From Escherichia virus TH40: DNA of 64,000 nucleotides. Of the stretch, positions 1 through 9,960 are shown piece by piece. Where the stretch lies: sequence record MT446411.1. One strand, 5' to 3'. The notes under the pieces were generated by a model. That model saw only the letters and a program-made list of their open reading frames with translations, had not been told where the DNA came from and ran no database searches. The position numbers and the translations under genes are program-made. Within the stretch, counting starts at the first letter, position 1; every line of letters starts with the position of its first letter.

Positions 1-1
1 C

Positions 2-2542
2 CACGAAGTTAATGTTAATGACGGAATAACCTGGTATTCCGGAGATGGCTTAGACACTTATCTTTGGTCGTTTAACTGGGCCGGTGGATTGAAAGCGGGT
101 CATTCTATTGCTGTTGGCCTTCCTCACGGTTCTAAAAATTATTCAGAAATGGGCACGGCTTCTATTGCTCTTGGTGATAATGACACCGGGTTAAAATGGC
201 ACCAAGATGGATATTTTTTTACGGTAAACAACGGTACAAAAACTTTCCTTTCCGGTCCGGCGGAAACTACTAGTCTTAGAAAAATGGTTATGGGTTATTC
301 TGTAAATGGTACTGATTTGACAACGCCACCAGCAGAAAACTACGCCCTGGCAACTGTAGTTACTTACCATGATAATAACGCTTTTGGTGATGGTCAAACC
401 CTTTTAGGATATTATCAAGGCGGTAATTACCATCACTATTTTCGTGGTAAAGGCACTACAAACGTTAACACCGCAGGCGGATTGTTAGTTACTCCAGGTG
501 ATATTAATGTTACCGGTGGTTCGGTTAATATCGACGGCCGCAACAATGCATCTACTCTGTTGTTCAAAGGATATACTACAGGAAGTAGTTCAGTTGATAA
601 TATGACTATCAGCGTTTGGGGTAATACCTTTACTAATGTCGATGGTGACCGTAAAAATGTAATGGAAATATCTGATGCCACCAGCTGGATTCAATATTAC
701 CAACGTCTGACTTCAGGTTCTATCCAAAGCCATTTAAATGGAACTTTGGGCGTAAATGAAAGTATAAATGTCGGCCAGGAAGTTAACGTCTCTGGCACTA
801 TTGCCGGTAATGCGGTCAATGCACTTCGTATTTGGAACGACGATTATGCCGCTATTTTCCGACGTTCAGAAGGTAGTCTTCATATTATTCCTACCGCCTT
901 TGGTGAAGGTAAAACTGGGGACATCGGTCCACTTCGCCCGTTTAGTTTGGCTTTAGATACTGGTAAAGTTACTATTCCAGATTTACAGTCAAGTTACAAT
1001 ACGTTCGCTGCAAACGGCTATATTAAATTTGTTGGCCATGGTGCAGGCGCAGGTGGATATGATATTCAATACGACCAAGCAGCTCCCATTTTCCAGGAAA
1101 TCGATGATGATGCCGTAAGTAAATATTACCCAATTGTTAAGCAAAAATACCTTCAAGGTAAAGCTGTGTGGTCTTTAGGTACTGAAATTAGCTCAGGTAC
1201 ATTCGTTATTCATCATCTGAAAGAAGATGGAACACAGGGTCATACATCAAGATTTAATGCTGATGGTACAGTTAATTTCCCGGATAACGTGCAGGTTGGC
1301 GGCGGTGAAGCTACTATTGGCAAAAATGGTAACATCTGGTCTGATATCTGGAAAACGTTTACTTCTGCCGGTGATGTAACCAATCTTCTTGGTGCTGTCT
1401 ATAGCCGTGTTTCAAAAGAAGGCGATACGCTGACCGGGCGCTTAACTCTTAATGCAAACTCGGATGCTATTGTTATTAACAGTGCTGCAACCGAATCCGG
1501 TTATGTGAAAGGACAAAAAGCTGGTGTTGATAACTGGTATGTAGGCAATGGCGGCGCTGATAACGCCCTATCGTTTTATAGTTTCCGAACTAATTCAGGC
1601 GTTAATATTCATAATAGTGGGGAAATTGCTTTAGCTCCTCAAGGGTCGGATACTTTTTATTTTAATAGGGACCGTCTTTATATAAAGGGTTCACAATGGG
1701 CTGCACATCAGGCTGGCGATTGGGGAAACCAATGGAAGCAAGAAGCTCCTGTGTTTGTAGATTTTGGTAATGTTGGTAATGATAGTTATTATCCGATTAT
1801 CAAAGGAAAATCTGGTATTACTAACGAAGGATACGTATCCGGTGTAGATTTTGGTATGCGCCGCATCACTAATACATGGGCCCAAGGTATTATTCGTGTA
1901 GGTAACCAGGAAAATGGCTCCGACCCGCAAGCTATCTATGAATTCCACTCTAATGGTACTTTTTATGCTCCGAGCTTACTTAAGAGCAACAGAGTATCGG
2001 CTGGTGGTGGAGACCCTGTATGGACTGGACCATGTATTGTTATCGGCGATAACGACACCGGATTGGTATGGGAAGCAGACGGTATTTTCAACGCATATGC
2101 AAACGGTCAAGGTGTGTTTAGTTTCCGCGCTGGCCTTGCTCAGACATTTGGCAACGTGTCCCTTAACGTTAACGCGGGTATGTATGTTCGCGATAACATT
2201 GACGTTAACGACGTTTATATTCGTTCTGATATTCGTTGTAAGTCGGAAATTAAGCTTATTGATAACGCCCAAGAGAAATCTAAACTCTTAGGCGGTTATA
2301 CTTATTTGCTTAAAAACTCCGTTACTGATGAAGTTAAACCGTCTGCAGGTTTAATTGCTCAGGAAGTTCAAGAAGTATTACCTGAACTTGTGACTGAAGA
2401 TAAAGAGACCGGCTTACTTCGTTTGAACTATAACGGTATTATCGGTTTAAATACTGCTACTATCAATGAGCATACTGACGAAATCAAGGAATTGAAATCT
2501 GAAATTGCTGAATTGAAAGCATTAATTAAATCATTATTATAA
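2..2542 (+). CDS. 37: long tail fibre distal subunit gp37, 5'-truncated by window start; C-terminal intramolecular-chaperone-like segment
   Basis: Frame open from nt 2; internal repeats (GDNDTGL.W..DG, YYPI[IV]K); C-terminal ...[15 protein letters not shown]...coiled coil; followed by gp38 and t as in T-even phages. Confidence 0.8.
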   Translation, partial: HEVNVNDGITWYSGDGLDTYLWSFNWAGGLKAGHSIAVGLPHGSKNYSEMGTASIALGDNDTGLKWHQDGYFFTVNNGTKTFLSGPAETTSLRKMVMGYSVNGTDLTTPPAENYALATVVTYHDNNAFGDGQTLLGYYQGGNYHHYFRGKGTTNVNTAGGLLVTPGDINVTGGSVNIDGRNNASTLLFKGYTTGSSSVDNMTISVWGNTFTNVDGDRKNVMEISDATSWIQYYQRLTSGSIQSHLNGTLGVNESINVGQEVNVSGTIAGNAVNALRIWNDDYAAIFRRSEGSLHIIPTAFGEGKTGDIGPLRPFSLALDTGKVTIPDLQSSYNTFAANGYIKFVGHGAGAGGYDIQYDQAAPIFQEIDDDAVSKYYPIVKQKYLQGKAVWSLGTEISSGTFVIHHLKEDGTQGHTSRFNADGTVNFPDNVQVGGGEATIGKNGNIWSDIWKTFTSAGDVTNLLGAVYSRVSKEGDTLTGRLTLNANSDAIVINSAATESGYVKGQKAGVDNWYVGNGGADNALSFYSFRTNSGVNIHNSGEIALAPQGSDTFYFNRDRLYIKGSQWAAHQAGDWGNQWKQEAPVFVDFGNVGNDSYYPIIKGKSGITNEGYVSGVDFGMRRITNTWAQGIIRVGNQENGSDPQAIYEFHSNGTFYAPSLLKSNRVSAGGGDPVWTGPCIVIGDNDTGLVWEADGIFNAYANGQGVFSFRAGLAQTFGNVSLNVNAGMYVRDNIDVNDVYIRSDIRCKSEIKLIDNAQEKSKLLGGYTYLLKNSVTDEVKPSAGLIAQEVQEVLPELVTEDKETGLLRLNYNGIIGLNTATINEHTDEIKELKSEIAELKALIKSLL

Positions 2543-2546
2543 GAAA

Positions 2547-2560
2547 GGGCCTTCGGGCCC
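2547..2560 (+). other. intercistronic stem-loop GGGCC-TTCG-GGCCC between 37 and 38
   Basis: Perfect 5-bp stem with UUCG tetraloop immediately after the 37 stop, T-run and SD for 38 follow. Confidence 0.5.
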
Positions 2561-2571
2561 TGGAGGTTTTT

Positions 2572-3360
2572 ATGGCAGTAGTAGGAATTCCCGGTTGGAT
2601 TGGAACATCAGCAGTGGCTGAAACAGGTCAACGTTGGATGACAGCAGCTTCTAGAGAATTGCGTCTTGGTAACCCATCTTGGATGTCGCAATTTGCTGGT
2701 CGGTCCCGTGAGATTATTCACACCCTTGGCGCAGACCACAACTTTAACGGGCAATGGTTTAGAGACCGTTGTTTTGAAGCCGGTGCCGCACCTATTGTGT
2801 TTAATATCACCGGTGATTTAGTATCTTATACTAAAGATGTTCCATTGTTCTTTATGTACGGTGATACCCCTAATGAATACGTTACTTTGAATATTCACGG
2901 CGGGGTCCATATGTGGGGACGTGGTGGTAACGGTGGGACCCGTGTTTGGATAGCAGGTACAAATGGTGGTGATGTAATTCAAAACGACATTGGAGGCCGA
3001 CTCCGTATCTGGAACTATGGCGTTATAGCTTCAGGTGGTGGCGGCGGCGCCGGATGTGCTTCAAATAACTCTTGGCTTGAAGCAGGTACAGCCGGTGGCG
3101 GCGGTGGTAGACCATATGGATTAGGTGGTACTAATGGCGCCGTAATGCCTGGCGGCAACGCTAGTTATACCGGACCAGGTGGCGGTGGTAGCTTTGGCGG
3201 ACAGTGGGGTGGTGGTAATGGTGGCGACGCAGGCGGGGCTGGTGGCGGCGCTTACGGTCGAAACGTTACATACGGCTCGCAAGGCGGAGCCGGGCGCGCG
3301 GTATTCGGAAGTTCTCCTTCATGGGGCGCGACAGGCACTATCTACGGCTCATGGTTATAG
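2572..3360 (+). CDS. 38: gp38 receptor-binding adhesin (T2-type, glycine-rich motifs)
   Basis: 262 aa; conserved N-terminus then poly-Gly blocks ([24 protein letters not shown]...); SD ggagg; sits between 37 and t. Confidence 0.8.
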   Translation: MAVVGIPGWIGTSAVAETGQRWMTAASRELRLGNPSWMSQFAGRSREIIHTLGADHNFNGQWFRDRCFEAGAAPIVFNITGDLVSYTKDVPLFFMYGDTPNEYVTLNIHGGVHMWGRGGNGGTRVWIAGTNGGDVIQNDIGGRLRIWNYGVIASGGGGGAGCASNNSWLEAGTAGGGGGRPYGLGGTNGAVMPGGNASYTGPGGGGSFGGQWGGGNGGDAGGAGGGAYGRNVTYGSQGGAGRAVFGSSPSWGATGTIYGSWL

Positions 3361-3371
3361 TACATAAGCGC

Positions 3372-3379
3372 TATAAATA
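3372..3379 (+). promoter_or_regulatory. T4-type late promoter TATAAATA for t
   Basis: Exact TATAAATA 18 nt upstream of the t ATG, followed by SD aaggag. Confidence 0.7.
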
Positions 3380-3397
3380 TCTTTAAAGGAGAAAAGT

Positions 3398-4051
3398 ATG
3401 GAACCAAAAGTAGGAATATCAATACCCGACCTACTTTTTGGACTTCTTGATAGAATTTTTAAAGATAATGCGACCGGGAAAGTTGTTTTTTCCCGGGTAC
3501 TAGTTATTGTTCTATTATTTTTAATGGCGGTAATCTGGTATAAAGGTGATGCACTTTTAGATGCGTACAGGGATGCTTCATATGCCTCATACACTGAAAT
3601 GATAAGGCAAGACCAGGATAACAGATTTAAAATTGCAGCTATCGAGCAAATCCAGATAGTCCACTCGTCAAGTGGAGCAGACTTTACAGCAATATATTCC
3701 TTTAGACCAACTAACCTTAACTACTTTGTGGATATGGTGGGATACGAGGGAATATTGCCTGATACAGTCGACGAAAAAAATTTAGGTGGGTTTCCAATAG
3801 ATAAGACTTCAGCGGAATATTTGGCGGGGGTTAATGGTAATTATTTTGAATCCAGTGTGGAATCTGTATTCTTACCAACAAAGAAAAAAAGCAGCTTCAC
3901 ATATATGTTCAGCTGCCCATTCTTTAATTTGGAAAACGTTTATGCAGGCACAGTCTCACTGTACTGGTATAAGCAAAAACCCGACCTTGGTTTTGATAGG
4001 CTTTCTTCTATGTGTGGACAAGCAGGTCGTACGCTCGGGCGTACACGTTAG
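3398..4051 (+). CDS. t: holin t
   Basis: 217 aa; LLFGLLDRIFKDNATGKV... N-terminal TMD matches T4 T holin; late promoter and SD upstream. Confidence 0.9.
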   Translation: MEPKVGISIPDLLFGLLDRIFKDNATGKVVFSRVLVIVLLFLMAVIWYKGDALLDAYRDASYASYTEMIRQDQDNRFKIAAIEQIQIVHSSSGADFTAIYSFRPTNLNYFVDMVGYEGILPDTVDEKNLGGFPIDKTSAEYLAGVNGNYFESSVESVFLPTKKKSSFTYMFSCPFFNLENVYAGTVSLYWYKQKPDLGFDRLSSMCGQAGRTLGRTR

Positions 4052-4323
4052 AATCCGGAGGTATACATCATAAGATAACGGTGTATATCTTCGAATCCTT
4101 CGTTAAATTGTTCAATGATTTGTTCAATTTCATCTTCAGATAAACTTTTAAACAATTTGTTAAACGATACATTGTTTAACTCATTCCCATTCTCATTTCT
4201 CAATCCCAACTCATTCAAAAACGCGATAAACACATCGCGCTTCATCGTAATATCTTCCCGGTCGGTTTTAATCAAAATTGAAGTTATAGTAACAATTTCA
4301 GAAACGATTTCAAATTTAGTCAT
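4048..4323 (-). CDS. asiA: anti-sigma70 protein AsiA
   Basis: 91 aa; ...ITSILIK..REDI...FIAFLNE...FNEGFE..RYL.MYT matches T4 AsiA; adjacent to t. Confidence 0.9.
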   Translation of the reverse strand: MTKFEIVSEIVTITSILIKTDREDITMKRDVFIAFLNELGLRNENGNELNNVSFNKLFKSLSEDEIEQIIEQFNEGFEDIHRYLMMYTSGF

Positions 4324-4372
4324 TTTAATTTACTCAAGTATTCAATAAGACATTCAATTATTCAGTAAGGGT

Positions 4373-4401
4373 ATTATACTATTATTCCTCTGGGTTGTAC
4401 A
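4373..4401 (-). promoter_or_regulatory. early promoter (-35 TGTACA, 17 bp, -10 TATAAT) for asiA
   Basis: TGTACA at 4396-4401 and TATAAT (rc) at 4373-4378 upstream of asiA. Confidence 0.45.
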
Positions 4402-4546
4402 CATGATTTTCCATCTGTACAACATATTCCTGATACATCTGTTCAACTGGTTCCTGGAACTTAAAATCAGCTCCAAGGAATTCCTCAAAGCAAGCCTGCT
4501 CGTGCGTACGTTGACCGGTGATGGTGTTCTCTAAGTTATGACTCAT
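4382..4546 (-). CDS. small acidic hypothetical protein (54 aa)
   Basis: Sub-threshold ORF MSHNLENTITGQ... in the asiA-arn gap. Confidence 0.3.
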   Translation of the reverse strand: MSHNLENTITGQRTHEQACFEEFLGADFKFQEPVEQMYQEYVVQMENHVYNPEE

Positions 4547-4635
4547 AATGATTCCCTTTGTGCTTCTGCTTACGTTTGGACTGCATTTTGGTTTTCTTCT
4601 TGTCCTTATGGACAGACGCCTTATTGAAATCGTGC

Positions 4636-4914
4636 TTAGCTACCAGATTGTTCATGCAATTTCCTTAATTGATATTCAAGAGAACTGATAATTTCTTTAT
4701 TAGTTGCAATATACATATCACGTAGGAAGGGTTTCAGACCTTCTCTAACTCTATACGTGTTATCACTAATATCCTTTATATATTCATGGTCTAAAGCATC
4801 CCAAGCCGGCTGGTTAACATAAGTTCCCCAGTTGTCTTCCATCATAGTGTTCAGACGTTTGATATGATTGATATGGGTTTCGATTGCATCAATCTGGAGT
4901 TGTTTAAGGTTCAT
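4636..4914 (-). CDS. arn: possible Arn (anti-restriction nuclease) homologue
   Basis: 92 aa acidic protein; T4 arn-like length and position next to asiA; sequence identity not verified. Confidence 0.4.
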   Translation of the reverse strand: MNLKQLQIDAIETHINHIKRLNTMMEDNWGTYVNQPAWDALDHEYIKDISDNTYRVREGLKPFLRDMYIATNKEIISSLEYQLRKLHEQSGS

Positions 4915-5525
4915 TAATAAAGGTCCTCTGAATAAAGTTCTTTTTCACTACCGCCACGTTCAATACGCACTTGATTTGCATAAGTCGCAATAATCATTGC
5001 TTCTTCGCGGGTCCAGTAATTGCTGTACTGGTCAATGAATCCTTGATTATCACCACAAACATGGTCTGACACAAGTTTATCACTTACTTGGTCAAGCACT
5101 TCTGCCATATCCTTGGAATAATGTCTGGCACCAGGAATAACCAGAGTCCCACCATCTTTTAACTTAAATCGGTTGGCGGCACATACAATCCGTCGCTGAT
5201 ATTTTTCATTGTTATTCCAATGCGCAATCTGCCAACAGATTTCCGGGACTTCTTCCAGAATATCTTTTTCATCGCATGTGTATCCATGTGCTTTAAATTT
5301 TTCAGCGAGGCTTTTGGGGGTTTCACGCGATTCTGGTGCTGGTAACATTTCTAAACGAGTGATAAACGGATTCATTTCACAATTACCTTCTTCATTATAT
5401 TCGGTGTAATCACCGTATGCATGTAATTTAGCAGCGAGACTTTCAGGAGTCTCCCGAGAAAGAGCTTTATCTAACAAGGCCATACGGTCTTTAAAGGATA
5501 ATGCTTTACCTTTTAATGGATTCAT
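4914..5525 (-). CDS. hypothetical protein with internal duplicated ~25-aa segment
   Basis: 203 aa; [18 protein letters not shown].. repeated as [18 protein letters not shown].. Confidence 0.55.
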   Translation of the reverse strand: MNPLKGKALSFKDRMALLDKALSRETPESLAAKLHAYGDYTEYNEEGNCEMNPFITRLEMLPAPESRETPKSLAEKFKAHGYTCDEKDILEEVPEICWQIAHWNNNEKYQRRIVCAANRFKLKDGGTLVIPGARHYSKDMAEVLDQVSDKLVSDHVCGDNQGFIDQYSNYWTREEAMIIATYANQVRIERGGSEKELYSEDLY

Positions 5526-5869
5526 TTGAAAATCACCTTATAACCGTTATCTTTAGCGAATTCTTGAATTTTAGCGGCGGTTTCAATTAAATCACCTTTA
5601 TAATAGGATGATAATTTAATATCAACTGTTTTGCCTTCGCCATACGAAGTTATATTCACTTTTTCCGTAAAAATAAGCTCAAGAAATCGCAATAGCTGCA
5701 TACCAAATTCAAGAGTAACATTATCAATCTGGAGGTTAAGTTGATAAGTTTTCTTAATACCATTCACCAGGGCACAGCGCTCATCCCAAGCGTTACGTTG
5801 TTCTTCAATCAATTTAAGGGAATGACCTTCGCCATCCCAATTTAGTTCCATAGGAATCATTTGAACCAA
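5522..5869 (-). CDS. hypothetical protein
   Basis: 115-aa ORF, ATGA-type junctions with neighbours. Confidence 0.5.
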   Translation of the reverse strand: MVQMIPMELNWDGEGHSLKLIEEQRNAWDERCALVNGIKKTYQLNLQIDNVTLEFGMQLLRFLELIFTEKVNITSYGEGKTVDIKLSSYYKGDLIETAAKIQEFAKDNGYKVIFK

Positions 5870-6189
5870 CCTTTAACACGTTGCCACAGACTTTTCTGTT
5901 GAGCTTTATTAACACCAATTGAGCGAATAACTGGTTGTGATTCCAGGTATTCTTTATAGTCAGCTTTATAGACTTCATATGCTGCTGGAACAAAGGCACC
6001 AATCGCCGCCATGAAGTTCTTGCGAGCACCAAATGGAGCTACTGCATCATCCTGGCGATGGATAAGATACTGACCAGCTTTGACCTTGACAATAGTCCCA
6101 AGGTAAGCGCCATGATACCAAACATCCCAACCCTCTTGAGTGGGTTCTACACAAGCACGCAATTCATTAACAATATTCAGCTTATTCAT
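5857..6189 (-). CDS. hypothetical protein (motA.1 position)
   Basis: 110-aa ORF immediately downstream of motA. Confidence 0.5.
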   Translation of the reverse strand: MNKLNIVNELRACVEPTQEGWDVWYHGAYLGTIVKVKAGQYLIHRQDDAVAPFGARKNFMAAIGAFVPAAYEVYKADYKEYLESQPVIRSIGVNKAQQKSLWQRVKGWFK

Positions 6190-6196
6190 AATTTCC

Positions 6197-6805
6197 TCAC
6201 TTTAAGATGTTAATAACATGTTGAATGTTTTCAGTTGACATATGATTGTCAATGTAGGTATTCAATCCACCTACTTTAACGCTAAATCCCACGTCTGTAA
6301 ACTGTTTTACTATCTTTTGTTCAGTATTATACGCATGCACGCGAATCTGACCATCACGACGAACATCAATCTGTTTTAATGTCTTGACACGCTTGAACTT
6401 CACAATCAGATTGCTGCGGTCTTCTGAAATGCTCTTAAAGTCAATACCAATAGACAACAATTGCTCTTTGATATATTCTGCAGTCGCTTCCATTTCATCA
6501 GTCACACCGCGTTTTGTTCTTGTCTTCTTCACTTCCAGAAGGTCAGGATTATTTTCATTTGCCCAAAGTTCAGCTGCATCCAGAATAAGGTCAACACCTT
6601 TTTCTGTAACCATCAAACCATCACCAGAAGCTTCAACATAGTTGTTATTCAACAATGTCTGCACGCTATCAATTGACGTGTTCTGCTGGCCTAAAACAAC
6701 CTCAGGACGCACGAAGTTGTTTTTGTATACAAACACCAGAGCATTGACATCAGTCTCATGTAGAGCGTTCTGGGAGCATTTAACGATATAATTTAGCTTG
6801 TTCAT
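6197..6805 (-). CDS. motA: middle transcription activator MotA
   Basis: 202 aa; SGDGL...ENNPDLL pattern and position between asiA and 52 as in T4. Confidence 0.75.
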   Translation of the reverse strand: MNKLNYIVKCSQNALHETDVNALVFVYKNNFVRPEVVLGQQNTSIDSVQTLLNNNYVEASGDGLMVTEKGVDLILDAAELWANENNPDLLEVKKTRTKRGVTDEMEATAEYIKEQLLSIGIDFKSISEDRSNLIVKFKRVKTLKQIDVRRDGQIRVHAYNTEQKIVKQFTDVGFSVKVGGLNTYIDNHMSTENIQHVINILK

Positions 6806-6807
6806 AA

Positions 6808-7023
6808 TTATCCCTTAATAGATTTCATGTAATTTGATGCATATGATTGTACCACAGTACGTTTCATATGGGAAGTAGAAACAATAACATCAATCGCTTG
6901 TTTACGTTCTTCTTTAGAATTCGCCAGTTTGAACATATCAAAGTAGTAATAGCAAGCTTCTTTGTTAGATTTGAATTTAGCGTTAATGTATTCTTGACCT
7001 TCATTCTGTTGTGCAGTAAACAT
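6808..7023 (-). CDS. hypothetical protein (52.1 position)
   Basis: ORF trimmed to first ATG (MFTAQQNEG...), SD ggag. Confidence 0.5.
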   Translation of the reverse strand: MFTAQQNEGQEYINAKFKSNKEACYYYFDMFKLANSKEERKQAIDVIVSTSHMKRTVVQSYASNYMKSIKG

Positions 7024-7072
7024 TTTATTCTCCAAAGTTTTTGTGATTCATTGTGTAACTCAGTATGGAATC

Positions 7073-7101
7073 ATTATGCATCAGGTCAAGGGTCATGTAC
7101 A
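7073..7101 (-). promoter_or_regulatory. early promoter cassette (TGTACA-17-CATAAT) with gtaactcagtatgg leader
   Basis: Member of recurring promoter/leader family; drives 6808-7023. Confidence 0.5.
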
Positions 7102-7130
7102 CTACTTTTTTAAATATTTTAAAATAAAAA

Positions 7131-7152
7131 CTAGGACCCCGAAGGGTCCTAG
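7131..7152 (-). terminator. rho-independent terminator (bidirectional-looking)
   Basis: ctaggaccc-cgaa-gggtcctag flanked by A-run and T-run. Confidence 0.7.
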
Positions 7153-7247
7153 TTTTTATCTATCTTATTACCAATAAACATACCAACAATCACACCTGCG
7201 ATTGCCGCGAAAATACAAAGCAATGCAAACTCAACTCCAAAACTCAT
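7149..7247 (-). CDS. small hydrophobic protein (32 aa)
   Basis: MSFGVEFALLCIFAAIAGVIVGMFIGNKIDKN; start overlaps the gp52 stop (ATGA). Confidence 0.4.
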   Translation of the reverse strand: MSFGVEFALLCIFAAIAGVIVGMFIGNKIDKN

Positions 7248-8623
7248 AGAGCCTCCAAATCATTAAGGTACTCAGTTTTAACGTCAGTTGTCTTCCAGTA
7301 CTCATGCTCAGCTTTCTTAGCCTTAGCTTCGTCCGCAAGCTTCTTAGCTTCATCAGAGGTCATATGGTAGATGTTCATTGCCACTAACTTCTCTGCATAA
7401 TCGCCATATATTTCACTCGCCTGGAGCTCCTCAATCAACTTCTTACGAGGTTTCCCCTGGATAACAACCTTACCATCAATCACTTCTTTAATAAAGAAGA
7501 CTTTCGCGCGGGCCAGTTTAAATGCCGCTTCAGTTTCTTTAATCTTACTGTCAATTCGCACTTGGACATAAGTCTTACGGACATCAACGAAATCGCGAAT
7601 CAGGTCAAGCGTGTTGGTGTATTCAGCCAGTTTGCCTTTATGATTAAGCACCGTTAAGTTCTGGGAGAGCTTCTCAATCAGACCAAAGTCTTTCATGATT
7701 TTCTCATGATTTTCTTCTTCAGTGCCATCCAGCTTGTATTCCTTACGGAATTTAATCTTAAACCCAAAACCATGCTCGCCACAGTTATCTTTCCAGGTGA
7801 TAAAACCTTTCTCTTCCAGCGGGTCCAGGATTTTACTTGTATACTTTTCCAGGTTCCATTGGACCGGGATTTCAGTAATTTCCATTTGAGTCCTGGAAGT
7901 CATTTTGTACGTGCCATGAAGCTCATACTTACCAGGCTCTTCCAGCTCAACAACTTTACCACGGAATTCTGGATATTTTACTTTCGGAGCAACCGGCTCA
8001 CGACCTTCCACGATAGCTTTAACAGCTTCCTTGACGTCCTGGAACGAATGAGGAAGGATATCAGTAGCAAAGCCAACAGCAATCCCAGAAGTGGCGTTAA
8101 GTAATACAGTAGGAATAACAGGAAGATAAAAAGCAGGAGGCTTATGTTCTTCATCAGGATGGACCGGAGCATATTCTGTATCCTTAAACAAGTTATAAAA
8201 GTTCTTTGAAACCCTTGCGAATACATAACGAGCTGATGATGCTTCTGGCACCATTCTGGAACCAAAGTTACCTTGCCCATCAAACATAGGATATTCATTT
8301 TTATATGTTGCGACCAAACCAGAAGTTGCTTCTTCCGCTGATGCTTCACCATGGTGATAACCATAATCAGCTACGCCCCCTGCGATGGATGCAACCTTAT
8401 GGAATTTATTCTTATCACCACGTGCCAGGTCTAATGCTCTCGCCATAACAAATCTGTGAACTGGTTTAAAACCATCAATCATGTTTGGGATGGCACGACC
8501 TTCCACAGTGTAGATAGCATATGACAATGCTTCCACATCAATAATGTCTTTTAGACTGCGTGGGTTAAGGGTCCCCATGGAATCACTGAACTGTTTGGAC
8601 ATCATACTTAAAACGTCAGACAT
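7244..8623 (-). CDS. 52: DNA topoisomerase II medium subunit gp52 (GyrA-like)
   Basis: 459 aa; ...AIPNMIDGFKPVHRFVMARA... Confidence 0.9.
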   Translation of the reverse strand: MSDVLSMMSKQFSDSMGTLNPRSLKDIIDVEALSYAIYTVEGRAIPNMIDGFKPVHRFVMARALDLARGDKNKFHKVASIAGGVADYGYHHGEASAEEATSGLVATYKNEYPMFDGQGNFGSRMVPEASSARYVFARVSKNFYNLFKDTEYAPVHPDEEHKPPAFYLPVIPTVLLNATSGIAVGFATDILPHSFQDVKEAVKAIVEGREPVAPKVKYPEFRGKVVELEEPGKYELHGTYKMTSRTQMEITEIPVQWNLEKYTSKILDPLEEKGFITWKDNCGEHGFGFKIKFRKEYKLDGTEEENHEKIMKDFGLIEKLSQNLTVLNHKGKLAEYTNTLDLIRDFVDVRKTYVQVRIDSKIKETEAAFKLARAKVFFIKEVIDGKVVIQGKPRKKLIEELQASEIYGDYAEKLVAMNIYHMTSDEAKKLADEAKAKKAEHEYWKTTDVKTEYLNDLEAL

Positions 8624-8631
8624 ATATCACC

Positions 8632-8772
8632 TTACCAGATTAACGAATGTACTGCCATTATAGCATCAGAAATAAAAAGCACAACCTGCACTAATGCAAA
8701 CACAACTCCATAATATAGCGCTACCAATAAGGCAGCAAGGGCTAACGAGTAGCCCAAGATTTTCTTAATCAT
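8632..8772 (-). CDS. small membrane protein (46 aa)
   Basis: MIKKILGYSLALAALLVALYYGVVFALVQVV...; ATGA overlap with upstream ORF. Confidence 0.45.
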   Translation of the reverse strand: MIKKILGYSLALAALLVALYYGVVFALVQVVLFISDAIMAVHSLIW

Positions 8773-8917
8773 TTTTATCCAATAATTTAAATAGTGTTAA
8801 AGTCGCTAATACACCTTGAGCTGTTGACTGCAGAAATACTGAAGTTTCTCCAGTTATTAATGTTCCAACAAATAAAAATGACCAACAGAAAAAAGCTACG
8901 CCATGAACAAATTTCAT
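8765..8917 (-). CDS. small membrane protein (50 aa)
   Basis: MKFVHGVAFFCWSFLFVGTLITGE...; SD gagg; preceded by hairpin element. Confidence 0.45.
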   Translation of the reverse strand: MKFVHGVAFFCWSFLFVGTLITGETSVFLQSTAQGVLATLTLFKLLDKND

Positions 8918-8919
8918 AT

Positions 8920-8985
8920 TTTCCTCAAGGGCGCCCAAAGACGCCAGTTAATTTCAGATTATGACGATGCCATTGCATCGCTACA
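8920..8985 (-). repeat. ~66-bp repeated intergenic hairpin/SD element, copy 1
   Basis: Near-identical to 9184-9249; contains GGCGCC-CAAA-GACGCC hairpin directly 5' of gaggaaaatATG. Confidence 0.6.
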
Positions 8986-9027
8986 GGCAGCAAGGGCTAA
9001 CGAATAGCCCAAGATTTTCTTAATCAT
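8959..9027 (-). pseudogene. truncated duplicate (22 codons) of the 8632-8772 gene N-terminus
   Basis: MIKKILGYSLALAA then diverges where the repeated hairpin element begins. Confidence 0.3.
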
Positions 9028-9182
9028 TGTTTAGCTAACCTAAGTAAACCAACAAAAGTAGAAATAACCCATGCAATAAACAATGCACCCATGAAGAAGG
9101 TACTTGGAGTCCAGACTCCTAAAAAGAAGCAGGTTGAACAAACAATAGCTATAATAAGTTCAATAAAAACTAGGATAATCAT
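9024..9182 (-). CDS. small membrane protein (52 aa)
   Basis: MIILVFIELIIAIVCSTCFFLGVW...; SD gagg; ATGA overlap downstream. Confidence 0.45.
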   Translation of the reverse strand: MIILVFIELIIAIVCSTCFFLGVWTPSTFFMGALFIAWVISTFVGLLRLAKQ

Positions 9183-9183
9183 A

Positions 9184-9249
9184 TTTTCCTCAAGGGCGTC
9201 CAAAGACGCCAGTTAATTTAAGATTATGGCGATGCCATTGCATCACATG
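9184..9249 (-). repeat. ~66-bp repeated intergenic hairpin/SD element, copy 2
   Basis: GGCGTC-CAAA-GACGCC perfect 6-bp stem; same flanks as copy 1. Confidence 0.6.
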
Positions 9250-9262
9250 TTCATTATGGAAA

Positions 9263-9436
9263 TTACTCATATATACCACACATTTTACATAAACGTTCAA
9301 AACAGATATACCCACCACTAAAGCACATAGTAACAGCAACTTTATCATTAAATGGAGCACCAAAGGCTATAAAGGCTCCTGTAATAACAAATAGTGCTAA
9401 AACAAATAGGTAACCCATTGCGAAGAAATGTCTCAT
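9263..9436 (-). CDS. small membrane protein
   Basis: ORF trimmed to [20 protein letters not shown]... just after the ndd stop. Confidence 0.4.
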   Translation of the reverse strand: MRHFFAMGYLFVLALFVITGAFIAFGAPFNDKVAVTMCFSGGYICFERLCKMCGIYE

Positions 9437-9437
9437 A

Positions 9438-9887
9438 TTAATAACTCTGCAGAATGAATTTAAAGTTATCAGCAAGCATGCGATTCATTTCTGAAAGGGT
9501 CTGGCAATCAGAACTATGCGAGCGAGTGAACGCCATCGCAATTTGACCTTTACCATAACCAGTTGTCAGAGGTTTCATTTTAGAAACTGGGACAAACAGG
9601 ACTTCATAGATAACCCCATTGTTCGCCATTGTGCGAGACAGTTGAGAACGCTGTTTGCGGATGTGGCTTAATACAGTGTCAAACCCTTGTTGTGAACGTT
9701 GGTTACCAACATAAAACCGTGCAGCAACAATACGTGATTCGCCTTCACCTTTAACCACGAAATAAAAACCTGGTTGAGTGATAGCTTCTTTAGTTGGGCG
9801 ACCTGCAACATAATTACCATTATGAATATAAGCAACAGTGGTAGCGCCAGCATTCAGTACGTCACGACGGGTCATGTAAGTAGTCAT
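9438..9887 (-). CDS. ndd: nucleoid disruption protein Ndd
   Basis: 149 aa; ...[28 protein letters not shown]...[15 protein letters not shown] matches T4 Ndd. Confidence 0.85.
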   Translation of the reverse strand: MTTYMTRRDVLNAGATTVAYIHNGNYVAGRPTKEAITQPGFYFVVKGEGESRIVAARFYVGNQRSQQGFDTVLSHIRKQRSQLSRTMANNGVIYEVLFVPVSKMKPLTTGYGKGQIAMAFTRSHSSDCQTLSEMNRMLADNFKFILQSY

Positions 9888-9931
9888 ATTAATTTCCTCA
9901 GTAAGTTAAAGTTTTTTGCTCCAGTGGGGTC

Positions 9932-9960
9932 ATTATACTCTGACCCCAAGAGTTTGTACA
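9932..9960 (-). promoter_or_regulatory. early promoter/stem-loop cassette (TGTACA-17-TATAAT inside GGGGTCA/TGACCCC stem) for ndd
   Basis: -10 lies in the loop of a 7-bp stem; same ~45-bp element repeated at 20558-20598. Confidence 0.55.

Noticed and set aside
4536-4655. 39-codon highly basic ORF (MNNLVAKHDFNKAS...KRKQKHKGNHYES)
   Set aside because: Overlaps the 3' end of the arn-like gene by 20 nt in another frame and has no clear SD; too uncertain to list as a gene.
5814-6032. 72-aa - strand ORF
   Set aside because: Out of frame and fully overlapping the tightly packed 5522-5869 and 5857-6189 genes; basic, junk-like composition.
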